Shown one piece after another: positions 47,346-57,784 of a stretch of 64,000 bases of DNA (position 1 is the first letter of the stretch; each line of letters opens with the position of its first letter). This stretch comes from an uncultured Poribacteria bacterium. GTDB lineage: Bacteria; Poribacteria; WGA-4E; WGA-3G. Under the pieces are notes generated by a model that saw only the letters and a list, made by a program, of their open reading frames with translations, did no database searches and had not been told where the DNA came from. Made by a program: the position numbers and the translations under genes. The DNA lies in assembly GCA_951812525.1 (NCBI GenBank), contig OX638316.1, positions 964,653 to 1,028,652 of the forward strand, written 5' to 3'.

Positions 47346-48776
47346 ATGATTTGGCATATCACAAAACGAGAACTCTATGACCATCTGAACAGCCTGCGAT
47401 TTGCTTTCACAACTGTTTTGATTATTGCCTTGATGATTGTCAACGCAATTGGGTATCTTGGCGAACACAAAGCGCAGTCGGTGGCATATCAACAAAAGGT
47501 CTCAGAGTCTTTAGATAAGATGAGATCAAACGCAGATAATCTCTATAATCTGCTTATAGAAGGACCGGGCAACCTCTACAAAAAGCCTTCTTCACTTTCG
47601 TTTTGTGCAAGCAGCGGTGAAGCATTTATACCCGAATCCGCTGAGAGTGTAGGTCGCTCCTGGGGTCTAACAGTTCCCGGACACTTTGAAGCCTGGGCGA
47701 TATGGCGCATGCAATATCCGCAGTCCAATCCAAACTTGTGGGACATTATGCCAGATTATACCAACGTTGATTGGGGTGCTATCATTTCTGTGGTGCTGAG
47801 TATGATAGCGATTCTATTCACTTTCGACGCGATCTCCTCAGAGCAAGAACACGGTACATTGCGACTGACATTGTCCAACAGCATTTCACGTGGCACCGTA
47901 TTGGTCAGCAAGTTCCTTGCAGCATTGATCGCGATCGGCATTCCTTTCCTGATTGCGGCGTTAATTAACCTCTTTCTACTTTACACTTCAGGAAGTATTC
48001 CGTTGGGACCCAGTGAATGGGGACGATTAGGAGTTATTGTTCTTACCGCTTTTGTTTATATATCAATTTTTCTCGCGTTGGGGCTGCTCATATCCGCTCG
48101 TGTGAGCAACTCGTCAACAAGTCTCACGATTCTCTTACTGATTTGGACTGTTTGGGTGGTTCTGCTGCCTTCTACGCTCGGCGCACTTACCAGCGGTCTA
48201 CAGCCGACGATGACCAGTAATGAGTTGGATAGACGACAAAGGGATTTGAGTGGAAACCTTCATAATCAATACATGGAATTTTTCGTCATCCCCTCACGAG
48301 AGATTCCAGCAACAAAAGAGACGTTATTGTGGTCAGAATATCTCATGGAAGACGCGATACGTCACGAGCGTTTGAATGAAGAACACTTGAACGCTCAGAT
48401 TGCTCAGATTCAACTTGCAAGATCCATAACCCGTATATCGCCAGCGTCGGGTGTCCGATATGCCATCGAATCTCTTGCCGGAACGGGTTTCACACGGCAC
48501 GTTCAATTTTTAGCGCAAATACCCCGATACGCCAATGAATTCAGAGCGTTTCTCATCGAAATTGATCTTGCTGACCCAGAAAGTCCACATGCCATGGGTC
48601 CCGAGGAAGGCACTTCACAAAAACCAGTGCACTTTGAATCAATCCCGAAATTTGAAGATCATATCAGTTTCAGTGGGGCATACAATGCTGCAGTTACAGA
48701 CTTCATGTTATTATTGCTATTTTTTGTGGTGTTGTTTGCAGGTGCGTTTCTTTCTTTTTTACGCGCTGATGTTTAG
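47346..48776 (+). CDS. ABC-2 type permease, type B copy 4
   Basis: MIWHITKRELYDHL, SEQEHGTLRL, LAGTG. Confidence 0.85.
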   Translation: MIWHITKRELYDHLNSLRFAFTTVLIIALMIVNAIGYLGEHKAQSVAYQQKVSESLDKMRSNADNLYNLLIEGPGNLYKKPSSLSFCASSGEAFIPESAESVGRSWGLTVPGHFEAWAIWRMQYPQSNPNLWDIMPDYTNVDWGAIISVVLSMIAILFTFDAISSEQEHGTLRLTLSNSISRGTVLVSKFLAALIAIGIPFLIAALINLFLLYTSGSIPLGPSEWGRLGVIVLTAFVYISIFLALGLLISARVSNSSTSLTILLLIWTVWVVLLPSTLGALTSGLQPTMTSNELDRRQRDLSGNLHNQYMEFFVIPSREIPATKETLLWSEYLMEDAIRHERLNEEHLNAQIAQIQLARSITRISPASGVRYAIESLAGTGFTRHVQFLAQIPRYANEFRAFLIEIDLADPESPHAMGPEEGTSQKPVHFESIPKFEDHISFSGAYNAAVTDFMLLLLFFVVLFAGAFLSFLRADV

Positions 48777-48813
48777 AGAATCTCTAATCCTACGAATTCA
48801 GGTTAACTAAAAA

Positions 48814-50160
48814 ATGTTTGATATTACCTATTTAGGACGGCGGTGCTTTCGTTTTATCGGACGCTATCCGCGCACATCAATAGTGGTTGGTCTCCTATTA
48901 GTCTTATGTATCGGCATTTGGGTAGGTAGAAAAAGTCCGCCTTGGCTTCGTGGAAGCACAGTCGTCAATTATGTCCGCTCCCATTTTGCTTCCGAACGAA
49001 GCGATACGACAAAATCGGTCGCGCGGGGAATTACCCACCGGCAGATATTAGATAGTGGTGTACTGACGAACATCCTTTCGGTCTCGCCAGATGCCGTTGA
49101 TATTCGTCCGTATCGAGCGTTGAGTGCAGGGATTGGTACGGAATCGTTGGTGTCGCTTGCGCGACGGTATAAGGCACTCGCTGCGATAAATGGCGGTTTC
49201 TTTGAAATGGTCGGGACGTTTCGTGGAGAGTCCGTCGGTGCGCTGAAGATTGACGGTGAATGGGTAAGCGAACCCGAACAGGGCAGAGCAGTGATTGGAC
49301 TCCGAACCGTTGATGGAAAGATCGAAGCGTCCATTGACCGGATTGTTCTGCGACAGGCACTGGTTTTACCGAGCGGAGAGACACTCCAGATTAACGGTAT
49401 GAATCGGAGTCGTGGCAAAGACGAATTAATAATTTATCGCCCACACTTCCATACGGTGACACTGACGATGCCGGATGGTGTGGAAGCTGTTGTGAGAAAT
49501 GGTGAAGTAACCGACATCCGTGACAGAGAAGGCAGCTCGCGTATTCCTGCTGATGGGTACATCTTGTCAGCAAGTGGTAAGAAACGTAAGGATCTGCTAG
49601 CACATATCGCAGAAGGTGATGCGGTGCAGGTTCGTGAGACGGTTATTCCTGAACGCGTTGGGGATAGCAATTTGTGGGCGAGTTTTGCGCACATTATTGG
49701 CGGTGGTCCGTTGTTACTGCAAGATGGTACCGCGACACCCACACAAGCGTACGGGCGCGAAGGATTTGATCAGGCGTTCCACAGTTTTTGGCATCCGCGC
49801 ACGGCAATCGGTAAAAAGGGGGACGGCACCCTTCTATTTGTCACGGTAACGGCGGCAGAGGCAGGTGTTCGACGCGGTGTTAAGTTAGCACGGCTTGCGG
49901 AACTCTTTCTGGAATGGGGTGCAACGGACGCTCTTAATCTTGACGGCGGCAATTCATCAATGCTGATCATTCAAGACAAAGTCGTGAGTGTTAAGGAGAA
50001 AGAATCTCGGCGTGTGAAGCCGGCGGATAAAGCAGAACCGAAAAAGGCAGGTGCAGAGAAAAACACAAAGACCGCTCGTGGTAATCGCCGAATTCGTCCG
50101 CTACCGAGGCAGCAGGGACGCGCTATTGCGGATGCCATCTTGATTTTTTCGCGGTTTTAG
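48814..50160 (+). CDS. phosphodiester glycosidase (NAGPA) family protein
   Basis: AAINGGFF, IGGGPLLL, HPRTAIG, ALNLDGGNSS; N-terminal TM. Confidence 0.85.
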   Translation: MFDITYLGRRCFRFIGRYPRTSIVVGLLLVLCIGIWVGRKSPPWLRGSTVVNYVRSHFASERSDTTKSVARGITHRQILDSGVLTNILSVSPDAVDIRPYRALSAGIGTESLVSLARRYKALAAINGGFFEMVGTFRGESVGALKIDGEWVSEPEQGRAVIGLRTVDGKIEASIDRIVLRQALVLPSGETLQINGMNRSRGKDELIIYRPHFHTVTLTMPDGVEAVVRNGEVTDIRDREGSSRIPADGYILSASGKKRKDLLAHIAEGDAVQVRETVIPERVGDSNLWASFAHIIGGGPLLLQDGTATPTQAYGREGFDQAFHSFWHPRTAIGKKGDGTLLFVTVTAAEAGVRRGVKLARLAELFLEWGATDALNLDGGNSSMLIIQDKVVSVKEKESRRVKPADKAEPKKAGAEKNTKTARGNRRIRPLPRQQGRAIADAILIFSRF

Positions 50161-50235
50161 GTTATAATAGAGCAATAAGGTCTTTAGATGTAATAGATAG
50201 TCGCCCGTGGGCATTGGAATAGGAGGAGAAAATTT

Positions 50236-51165
50236 ATGTTACGCAAGAGCAGCCCACTCAAATCTATTGAAAAAATGGATGCCAGTAACGAGCATCGGAA
50301 ACTCAGATCCAATATAGCATCGAAAGAGGCTTCACTGTCGCGACGCACCTTTTTGAAAGGCTCCGTTGGGCTTGCTGCCTCTGCGCTCGCGGCAGGTGGA
50401 TTAATTCTGCCTGCAGACGCACAGTGGGGTTTTCGAGAGTATATCCCTTATAACGCCGCAGAAGATTTTCACTACGGCACACGATACGGAAGAATTGAAC
50501 ATCACTATCCCGAAATGAATCCTACAGGTGAGAAATTCACGTTTGTGCGACTCAAGTACCCGGGTGGCGATTGGTACACAAACATCGTTAACTATTACCG
50601 GTGGCCATCGGATTTGAAGTTCACAGAGATTCTCGCTGAAAATACGACAATTGATGTTGAGGTGCGTGAGCATCCGCAGTATGTCGATATCGACGATGAA
50701 GGGTTATTTGCCTATCCGTTCCTATATATGACTGGACACAGGGGGATTCGACTTTCCCCAGAACAGGTGCGAAAGATGAGGGATTACTTTGAACGTGGCG
50801 GTTTTCTCCACGTCGAAGATTGTGATGCACGCCTGAATAACTATCAAGGCGGCTTGCGTCGGTATATCTATGAGATGACTCGGCAGATTTATCCAGAAAA
50901 GAAGTTTGAACGGTTGGAGATGAGCCACCCGATTTATCACACACTCTACCAACACGATGAATACCTCGGTGGCGATAAACGCATCAAAAACATATCTGAC
51001 TATGACGAAGCGATCATGGATGACGACCGTGTGATCATCTACTTCTGTCCGAGCGATCTGAACTGCGCATGGGAAGGTAGACCCTGTGAACCGGGTGGTG
51101 AGGAACAGCGGACGTGGGCATTTAAACAGGGAATGAATGTTGTGGCGTATGCGTTGACGCGGTGA
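50236..51165 (+). CDS. DUF4159 family protein with Tat signal
   Basis: SRRTFLK twin-arginine; FTFVRLKY.GGDW, YPFLYMTGH, GGFLHVED, GMNVVAYALT. Confidence 0.8.
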   Translation: MLRKSSPLKSIEKMDASNEHRKLRSNIASKEASLSRRTFLKGSVGLAASALAAGGLILPADAQWGFREYIPYNAAEDFHYGTRYGRIEHHYPEMNPTGEKFTFVRLKYPGGDWYTNIVNYYRWPSDLKFTEILAENTTIDVEVREHPQYVDIDDEGLFAYPFLYMTGHRGIRLSPEQVRKMRDYFERGGFLHVEDCDARLNNYQGGLRRYIYEMTRQIYPEKKFERLEMSHPIYHTLYQHDEYLGGDKRIKNISDYDEAIMDDDRVIIYFCPSDLNCAWEGRPCEPGGEEQRTWAFKQGMNVVAYALTR

Positions 51166-51185
51166 GGGTGGTCGCGAGATCACTC

Positions 51186-52439
51186 CTACAGATGTGCGAG
51201 GAGTTTTTCGCGGAGGCGTTCATAAGCGAGGCTTGCACCGGCGATGTTGCCTGAGGCGGGACCTATCTGAAGTTGCGCGATAGTGCCAGAGCCGAATAGA
51301 TTTTGGACTGGATAGAGTTGTAAATTTGCATCAAGGTGCGGTAATCCGCATACAAGTGGAATCCGGTGCTGTGCGATCAACTCTCTCAAAAACCCGTAAC
51401 GGCGAAGATTGAATTGATACCCAGTTGCGAGGATAATACGCGAGACATTCATAATGTCCCCACGGTCTGTTGTAACGTTCAACCTTTGTGTTGGACCACC
51501 TTCCCCTACCGAGACAATATTCTGGATACGGGTCTCAGGATAAATATTAATGTTTACGGCATCCGTCAACGCTTCCATAATATCGGGCGTAATACTTCCT
51601 TCACCCCTATTTTGCTGAATGATCTCATAACGCCTCTGAAAATCGGTCTCACTTGCGAATTCGGCGAGTGCCTTGGGACCTAACCACACCGGTGGAAAAT
51701 CAAACTGCTCTGTTTTCAACTGTTTTCGAGCAATTAGTGCTACGCTATGTCCGCGTTCGCTGAGACTTCTCGCGAGCGTCCCTGCTGTTAACCCTCCGCC
51801 AACGATAACAAAAGATTCTTCACTGTCTTCTTCATCCTGATAATCCACAGTAAATTCGGAGGCGTGCAAAATCCTGTCAGGATACTGGCACCGCCATTGG
51901 ACAAATTCCGCCGGTACGTAAGCACAATCGTCAACACCGACGGCGAGAACGACACAACGACTCCGAAATCCGACATTGTCTTTCGAGATCAGGCGGAACG
52001 GAAATTGACCTGCGCCTCTGTCCCACCGTAATTTTGCGACTTCAAACTGATAATAGACTCGGTGTTGCTCAAGCTCAGTAAGCGTATCGTTACAGTAATC
52101 CCAAAAAAGCTGCGTAGAGGGTTGCGAATAGGGTGGTGCTAACTCTCCTGTTCGGTTGTGGCGTTCGGCGTATTCAACGATGCCGAGTGCATCAGAGGAG
52201 ATATGATGGACAGCAGGCGAACGCAGAAACATCATACCTTGGCGTTCTGTTTTATCCCGCCATTGGGTAAGGGGCTGTGGGTGCCGATCGACAATAGCGA
52301 TATGTCTCGCCATTGTCGGTGCTTCGCGAAGGAGCCGAATCGCGATAGATACGCCGTGTATTCCGCCACCGATGATGGTAATGGGGATGTTGCGGTGGGC
52401 CAAACGGCTGTCAGCCGCTAATACCTGCTGCTTATTCAT
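51186..52439 (-). CDS. FAD/NAD(P)-binding oxidoreductase (N-hydroxylase-like family)
   Basis: IIGGGIHG, LRSPAVHH, IVGGGLTA, ILATGY. Confidence 0.8.
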   Translation of the reverse strand: MNKQQVLAADSRLAHRNIPITIIGGGIHGVSIAIRLLREAPTMARHIAIVDRHPQPLTQWRDKTERQGMMFLRSPAVHHISSDALGIVEYAERHNRTGELAPPYSQPSTQLFWDYCNDTLTELEQHRVYYQFEVAKLRWDRGAGQFPFRLISKDNVGFRSRCVVLAVGVDDCAYVPAEFVQWRCQYPDRILHASEFTVDYQDEEDSEESFVIVGGGLTAGTLARSLSERGHSVALIARKQLKTEQFDFPPVWLGPKALAEFASETDFQRRYEIIQQNRGEGSITPDIMEALTDAVNINIYPETRIQNIVSVGEGGPTQRLNVTTDRGDIMNVSRIILATGYQFNLRRYGFLRELIAQHRIPLVCGLPHLDANLQLYPVQNLFGSGTIAQLQIGPASGNIAGASLAYERLREKLLAHL

Positions 52440-52451
52440 TAGACTGATAAC

Positions 52452-53363
52452 TTAATCGGCACTCGGTACCGTCAAATGCGCGCTCTTGAGTGCGAAGGTT
52501 TGCGCGGAGAATGCATCAGTGGCGCGATAACGGTTGTACCGATATTGGACGATCCCAATCGATGGTGCAACCCAATAAATTGCGGGCGGACTAATCAAAA
52601 AGATCGACGGATCCTCGCTATCTCCATAAACTACCTCTTCCTGAACGACATAAGTCGTGAAGGTGCCTGCCGGAACGGTAATTTGTGCATCTTTCTCCAC
52701 TACATAGCGTGTGACGGTGACCGGTGAGCCGACGGTTTTTTCAAAAACTGTCCACTGCTTGCCAACTTCCAATGGAAAATCCCATAGTGTCCGTGGCGGA
52801 AAATGCTTTGCGTGAAATACGGGATTCTCAATAGGGAGGTAAATGTCGAAGGCGGATTCTATCAACGCCTGTGAGGTCTTGTAAAAGTAGGTTGCTAAAA
52901 CCGGAAAAGGGAATACGTCATAAAATTCTGTGTTTAATCGAAAGTAATAGGCGTTCGCGGATAGGTGGTCAATAGCCTCGTAGTTGAATTGGTCGGGTTC
53001 AACTGGACTAATGTCGCTGACAGTCATCTGCCGATGCGTTGTTCCACTGATATCGCGTGTGCCTCCGATCCGGAGTGTGAATTCCTGATTCGTGTCAACG
53101 TTGATATAGGTCCATGAAGAGCCTGGACCTGTCGGGAAGTCGATGGCACGGAGACCACCTGTTGTATGAGGTGTGGGAATCGTGGTTTCACCGTGTGGAT
53201 CCACTAACCCTTCATCTCCACAACTTATGAGGCATAGTAAGAAAAGTATAATAGCAATAGTAATTGGCAGATTGGTGATCAGTGGTCGGAAATAAGGATC
53301 TGAACTTCCCTTTTGATTACTGACTGCTATTTCTCTGATTGCTGACTGCTGAGTGCTACTCAT
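52452..53363 (-). CDS. putative lipoprotein
   Basis: Hydrophobic stretch ending LISC lipobox; FP...GSSWTY, ITVPAGTF, YWVAPSIGIV; ATG overlaps the upstream stop (TAATG); start uncertain. Confidence 0.65.
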   Translation of the reverse strand: MSSTQQSAIREIAVSNQKGSSDPYFRPLITNLPITIAIILFLLCLISCGDEGLVDPHGETTIPTPHTTGGLRAIDFPTGPGSSWTYINVDTNQEFTLRIGGTRDISGTTHRQMTVSDISPVEPDQFNYEAIDHLSANAYYFRLNTEFYDVFPFPVLATYFYKTSQALIESAFDIYLPIENPVFHAKHFPPRTLWDFPLEVGKQWTVFEKTVGSPVTVTRYVVEKDAQITVPAGTFTTYVVQEEVVYGDSEDPSIFLISPPAIYWVAPSIGIVQYRYNRYRATDAFSAQTFALKSAHLTVPSAD

Positions 53364-55966
53364 TATTTTACCACACAGAATTTGCCGGTACTTTGGAAAC
53401 CGTTTCCGTCGGTTGCCCGGAAAAAGTAGAGTCCGGTGCAGACCATTTCGCCGCGCGCATTTGTGCAATCCCATTGCGATGCATTGTTTAGCACTTTAAT
53501 TAAATTTCCCATCGCATCGTAGATTTCAACGGTTAATCCCTTCGGATAGAAGGTCAGATGTTTACCTTGTCCGGCGCGAAGTGGATTCGGCGCGACTGCG
53601 ACACTTTGATTCGCGCGACTCGCGACATAACTAAAGGTTTGACCTTGCCAAATTCGGGTGCCGGTCGCACCGGCAGAGGTCTGTCCACGAATTTTATAGA
53701 GATAGATACCTGTCGGAGGAAATCCGTTTGTCCGGAGTGTTCCGAGCCACCTTGTTTCGGTTTGTTGCGTTAGAAAGATGGTATATCCGTCTCTGTTAGG
53801 ACTTTCTACTGTTAGGTGCGGTGGGCTTTGTAGGGGCTGCGTGCTTTGTACTTCAACATTCCACTCACCCGTGCCGTGGGGATGTGTATGAATAAAGAAA
53901 GCAGGTGCACCGCTCGCTGCGTCAAGGCGCGGTGTGATGCTGTTTGGCACAATATTGGGGGTACCCATAAGCCCCATTGCACTAACAGGCACAACGGCGT
54001 AGTAATAGTGTAGATTGTTGGGATCAAACAACTCACTGTTGACATCGATACTTTCAAAGACAGTTGTGTCTTCAAATCGCGTTTGGGTAATGTCTACACG
54101 TCCGACAACAGTTATATCGTTATCAGGGATGCCGTCGTCGTTTCGATCTGCGGCGGCGAGGACTTCATCAGAGGTTTGAAAAGGTTGTGGAACATCTGTC
54201 TCATTCTGTATCGTGTAACGTTTTCGGACGATTGCGACTTCCCGTATACCGGTTGGATCGTCAATATTCCACGTCACAAGCGGTCCGTTGGAGCCTTGAG
54301 AGACCTGTGCGTTCGAGAGCCTCCCTGCTGGCGGTGTGCCCGCCATATAACTGACATTGCCGCCGAAACTTCCACCCGGAATTATTACGCGCTCAACATC
54401 TGGGTGCATATTAATCATGACGAGAGCAATCTCTTGAATATCTCCGCCGAAATCTTTGAATGTCATCTGCGCCTCTTGGGAACGTTGATAGGTGAATGCT
54501 TCCCTGATTTCGGTAGTGCCATCGCGTTTCTTGACGATAAATTTGGCAGCCCATCCACGTAAACCCGTATTGTTGAGTCGTTGCAGTTCTCTCTGAATAT
54601 CATCATGGTCTTCAGGTGGCAGACGGCGGAGGTCTACCGGTGCGATATCTGCGCCGTCAATTTTGATTGCGAACTCTGGCATAATACCTGTAGGGCGGAA
54701 AACAATATACCGTGCTGAAAAATGCTCAGGCATGGATTCGGAATCGAAATCTGTACGGACTGGATAACTGGCGTGAACATCGGTCGGATGAATGGCGACC
54801 GGTGGGAAACGGTGCGCATTCTTGTACCCGCGTATTTCAGTCGTCGTATTGGCGCGGGTGTGTGTGAAATAATTCCATACAGTGAAGGTCTTGAACGCCT
54901 CGGCGAGGGTTGTGCCGTTATCTATAAAGACATCGAAAAAATTTCCCATCTCTCGATAACTACCGTCTGTAGTATTGCCGTAAAACTGACGTACAATATC
55001 GTAGCCAAACCGTTCTGCCATATACAGTGTCCAAATAACGGATCCGTATTCGTGGTCGCCGATGCGGCTTTCAAGGGAGATATCTGGGATTTGGAACCAA
55101 CGGCGGAGTTGATGGATGTAGTAGTTATAGGCATTGGTTTCGTTAGGTTCATCTGGATCGGGGATAGTATCGCCATCATCAATTTCTCCGCCATCGTAGG
55201 TTATCACTTCGATCCACGTTGCGGATGCTTCCATGAACCATGTTGGCATATAGGCGTTGTATCCGAACTGGACACCGTGTAGGAATTCGTGGGTGCAAGT
55301 TGTCTCCAGATAGCGAATCCCCTCCATTCTTCCCACATAATCGTAGATGCGGGAGTTGATCATAAAATAGGGCGCGACAGTCAACGCCGTGGACAAGACG
55401 CGTCCCTCAAACCAATCTGCGGTTGTGATACCGAGTGCGGGGAAGACAAAGATGTAGACATCATATTTATGATTGCCGCCGTTCTGCGCCGCCCAAAAAT
55501 CGATGTAAGGAACCTTGAAGCCCATCAGGTCAATTTGGACGCGATAGGCGCGTTCCATTGCATCGGCACAGAGATCAACGTAATCTGGGACTCCGTTGCG
55601 CGGGTGGAAATCTTCGAGGGGCGGTGCGTGTGGTCCGACGCGCGTATAGTGGAATCTGAAGTGCGGTGTGGTGAAGTGTTCTGACAACTGGATCTCACCG
55701 AAGAAGCTACCCGGAAGTCCGGGACGTAGGAAAATAGGTTTGAGTTCCTGCCGATATATCGAGGGCAAGTTGTGCCAATTCTTAGCGAGTGTGACAAAAC
55801 TGTCGGTTGCACACTCTGTTATTTCGTTGATGGTGTACCTCGGTTTGAGGTTTTTGAATTTGCGTGCAGTCTGGATTGCGCTTTGGAGCTCAGGATCAGG
55901 AGGGAGCGCGTGCACAGCAAACAGGCACGTTATAAAGAGCGTGATAGTGATAAGCGATAATTTCAT
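53363..55966 (-). CDS. secreted zinc metalloprotease (MXAN_6640-like) with T9SS/FlgD-like C-terminal domain
   Basis: Signal peptide; HFRFHYT...NGVPDYVD, HEFLHGVQFGY...WFMEASATW; C-terminal APNP...IYDAMGNLIK...WD...GLYFF...GKFCVVK. Confidence 0.75.
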   Translation of the reverse strand: MKLSLITITLFITCLFAVHALPPDPELQSAIQTARKFKNLKPRYTINEITECATDSFVTLAKNWHNLPSIYRQELKPIFLRPGLPGSFFGEIQLSEHFTTPHFRFHYTRVGPHAPPLEDFHPRNGVPDYVDLCADAMERAYRVQIDLMGFKVPYIDFWAAQNGGNHKYDVYIFVFPALGITTADWFEGRVLSTALTVAPYFMINSRIYDYVGRMEGIRYLETTCTHEFLHGVQFGYNAYMPTWFMEASATWIEVITYDGGEIDDGDTIPDPDEPNETNAYNYYIHQLRRWFQIPDISLESRIGDHEYGSVIWTLYMAERFGYDIVRQFYGNTTDGSYREMGNFFDVFIDNGTTLAEAFKTFTVWNYFTHTRANTTTEIRGYKNAHRFPPVAIHPTDVHASYPVRTDFDSESMPEHFSARYIVFRPTGIMPEFAIKIDGADIAPVDLRRLPPEDHDDIQRELQRLNNTGLRGWAAKFIVKKRDGTTEIREAFTYQRSQEAQMTFKDFGGDIQEIALVMINMHPDVERVIIPGGSFGGNVSYMAGTPPAGRLSNAQVSQGSNGPLVTWNIDDPTGIREVAIVRKRYTIQNETDVPQPFQTSDEVLAAADRNDDGIPDNDITVVGRVDITQTRFEDTTVFESIDVNSELFDPNNLHYYYAVVPVSAMGLMGTPNIVPNSITPRLDAASGAPAFFIHTHPHGTGEWNVEVQSTQPLQSPPHLTVESPNRDGYTIFLTQQTETRWLGTLRTNGFPPTGIYLYKIRGQTSAGATGTRIWQGQTFSYVASRANQSVAVAPNPLRAGQGKHLTFYPKGLTVEIYDAMGNLIKVLNNASQWDCTNARGEMVCTGLYFFRATDGNGFQSTGKFCVVK

Positions 55967-56030
55967 CTTTTTAACTATTGGGTTCTTGCTCGGCTTGCTG
56001 CCGTTGTCGCAAGCCGGTCTCTGACTAATA

Positions 56031-56128
56031 TATAGTAAATTTTAGAATTAAAGATATATTGTAAACTGGCGAGGTTACAAACCTCGCCTACCGAGTATGG
56101 GTTTTTCGCGGTTGGAAACCGCACCTAC
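56031..56128. repeat. solo MITE end plus two GTAG-REP hairpins
   Basis: TATAGTAAATTTTAGAATTA; GGCGAGGTTACAAACCTCGCCTAC; GCGGTTGGAAACCGCACCTAC. Confidence 0.6.
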
Positions 56129-56153
56129 GTCGATTTTGGATTCGTATAAGCTG

Positions 56154-56693
56154 CTAAGCGAAGCGGGTGGGTTTTCCATCAAGACTAGTGTGGTTGGTTT
56201 CTTTCCAATATGCCTCAACGCCGTCTTCACCCTTCTTTTCTGCCCATGTATTTAGCTGCTCCCTTTCACCGACATAATCATAAAGAGGAACAGCCATCCC
56301 ACAAGAGGTTTGCACGAGGTCAATATTGAGATCAAAGATTTGTCGTGCTCCTGGCAGGGGTGTGAACAGGGGGAAGAGTAGTTGCCATTCGGCATCGTCT
56401 TTGTGGATAGCCTTTGCAGTACCATAGAGTCGGAGGATCACGGGGTCATTTTCAAATGCCGTAAACATAAGCGTCATGCGAGGGTTTTCTTGAACGTGTG
56501 CAGCGGTCTCGTTTCCGCTGCCCGTTACGTTTAACCATGCAACGCGGTTTGGACCAAGGACGCGTAAGGAATCCATGCCCTTCGGAGATAGATTGATTCT
56601 GCCATCAGCTATTGCGGTTGCGACAAAGAAGATTTTTTGGTTTTCGATGAATCGTTGTAATCTTTGCGGAATATCGGTGTACAACTTTGCCAT
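56154..56693 (-). CDS. pyridoxamine 5'-phosphate oxidase family protein
   Basis: FIENQKIFFVATA, NLSPKG, TGSGNETAAH, VQTSCG; ATG at 56693 with GGAGG RBS. Confidence 0.88.
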   Translation of the reverse strand: MAKLYTDIPQRLQRFIENQKIFFVATAIADGRINLSPKGMDSLRVLGPNRVAWLNVTGSGNETAAHVQENPRMTLMFTAFENDPVILRLYGTAKAIHKDDAEWQLLFPLFTPLPGARQIFDLNIDLVQTSCGMAVPLYDYVGEREQLNTWAEKKGEDGVEAYWKETNHTSLDGKPTRFA

Positions 56694-56755
56694 AATGTTA
56701 GATTCCTCCATTCGGGAAGGCGACCGGATATGATTCGGCCGCCTATACGAACAAT

Positions 56756-57538
56756 TTAGTGCGCTTTGATAGCACCCCATGTGACAGCGAGTTTCCCCGC
56801 GGGTTCAACATCAAAGGCGATCTGGTAATTTTCTTTGACCTCTTTGTCATCTAAGGCGCGATGATAAACAGCAACATCGTCAATTTCACCCTCAAAATAG
56901 AAGGGCTTGATAAAGGCGTTGCGGTCGTGTCCGACTGCGACAACGACGTGACTGCGCGTATCCCGACTGTTTATGACCCCGTCTGCCTCGGCATCAAGTT
57001 CACCGTTGATGTAGAGGAATTTTTTCTCGTCATCGGCGTTGGTGACAAATGTGATGTGTGTCCATTCTCCGGCTGTGACAGGGGTCGTTGTTTTGAAAAC
57101 ACCGAACCCGTCGCCAGCTCTCTGGGTTTGTACCGTTCCGTCTGCCAAGAGTTCCAACCACGAGTCGCCACCACCCTGGGGGTCATCGTCCCAGATGATG
57201 ACTTTTGGACCGCCGGGGAGGGCTGCGACTTTAATCCACATTGCGTAGGTAAGATCTTGTCCTGTAGTGGCGGGACCCATGACGATATAATCCTCTTTGC
57301 CGTTGAAACTGAGTGCCTCTCCGACAATGCCTTCTACACTCTGCGGTGCACCTTTGATTTCCCCATCGTTTTCGCCGAGGGCATCCTTGGCGACCTTTGC
57401 ATCAGTATCGCTCTTATCAAAGGTCCAGTACCCTCCCAATCCATCTTCAATGGATTGCGCGTACGCTATTTGTGTGTAAGCCGACGCGAAACTAATGAGT
57501 ACCGCGCAGACAAGTATAAGGAATAGCCTGAATTTCAT
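56756..57538 (-). CDS. secreted LamG-like jelly-roll protein with C-terminal TWG tail
   Basis: GYWTFD, GEALSFNG, WTHITF, LYINGE, FEGEIDDVAVYHRAL; tail FDVEPAGKLAVTWGAIK. Confidence 0.85.
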   Translation of the reverse strand: MKFRLFLILVCAVLISFASAYTQIAYAQSIEDGLGGYWTFDKSDTDAKVAKDALGENDGEIKGAPQSVEGIVGEALSFNGKEDYIVMGPATTGQDLTYAMWIKVAALPGGPKVIIWDDDPQGGGDSWLELLADGTVQTQRAGDGFGVFKTTTPVTAGEWTHITFVTNADDEKKFLYINGELDAEADGVINSRDTRSHVVVAVGHDRNAFIKPFYFEGEIDDVAVYHRALDDKEVKENYQIAFDVEPAGKLAVTWGAIKAH

Positions 57539-57784
57539 CGGTTCACCTCCTAGGTGCTATGAACCCACAATGTGCATTGTGTTCTTCTGGTAGCAGCATA
57601 AATGCTCACTACTCCTATTGACACTGACGTATATTATATATCGTTTTGGGGGTATATGCAAGGGAAATGGTTGGGGAATGGCGATTGGTGGTTGGTAGTT
57701 AGCGATTGGTTTAGGAAAGCCGGTGCAGTTAAAAACCGCACCTACAAGGGTTTTCAATCAAAAGTCGGGATTCGAGGGTTGTTT

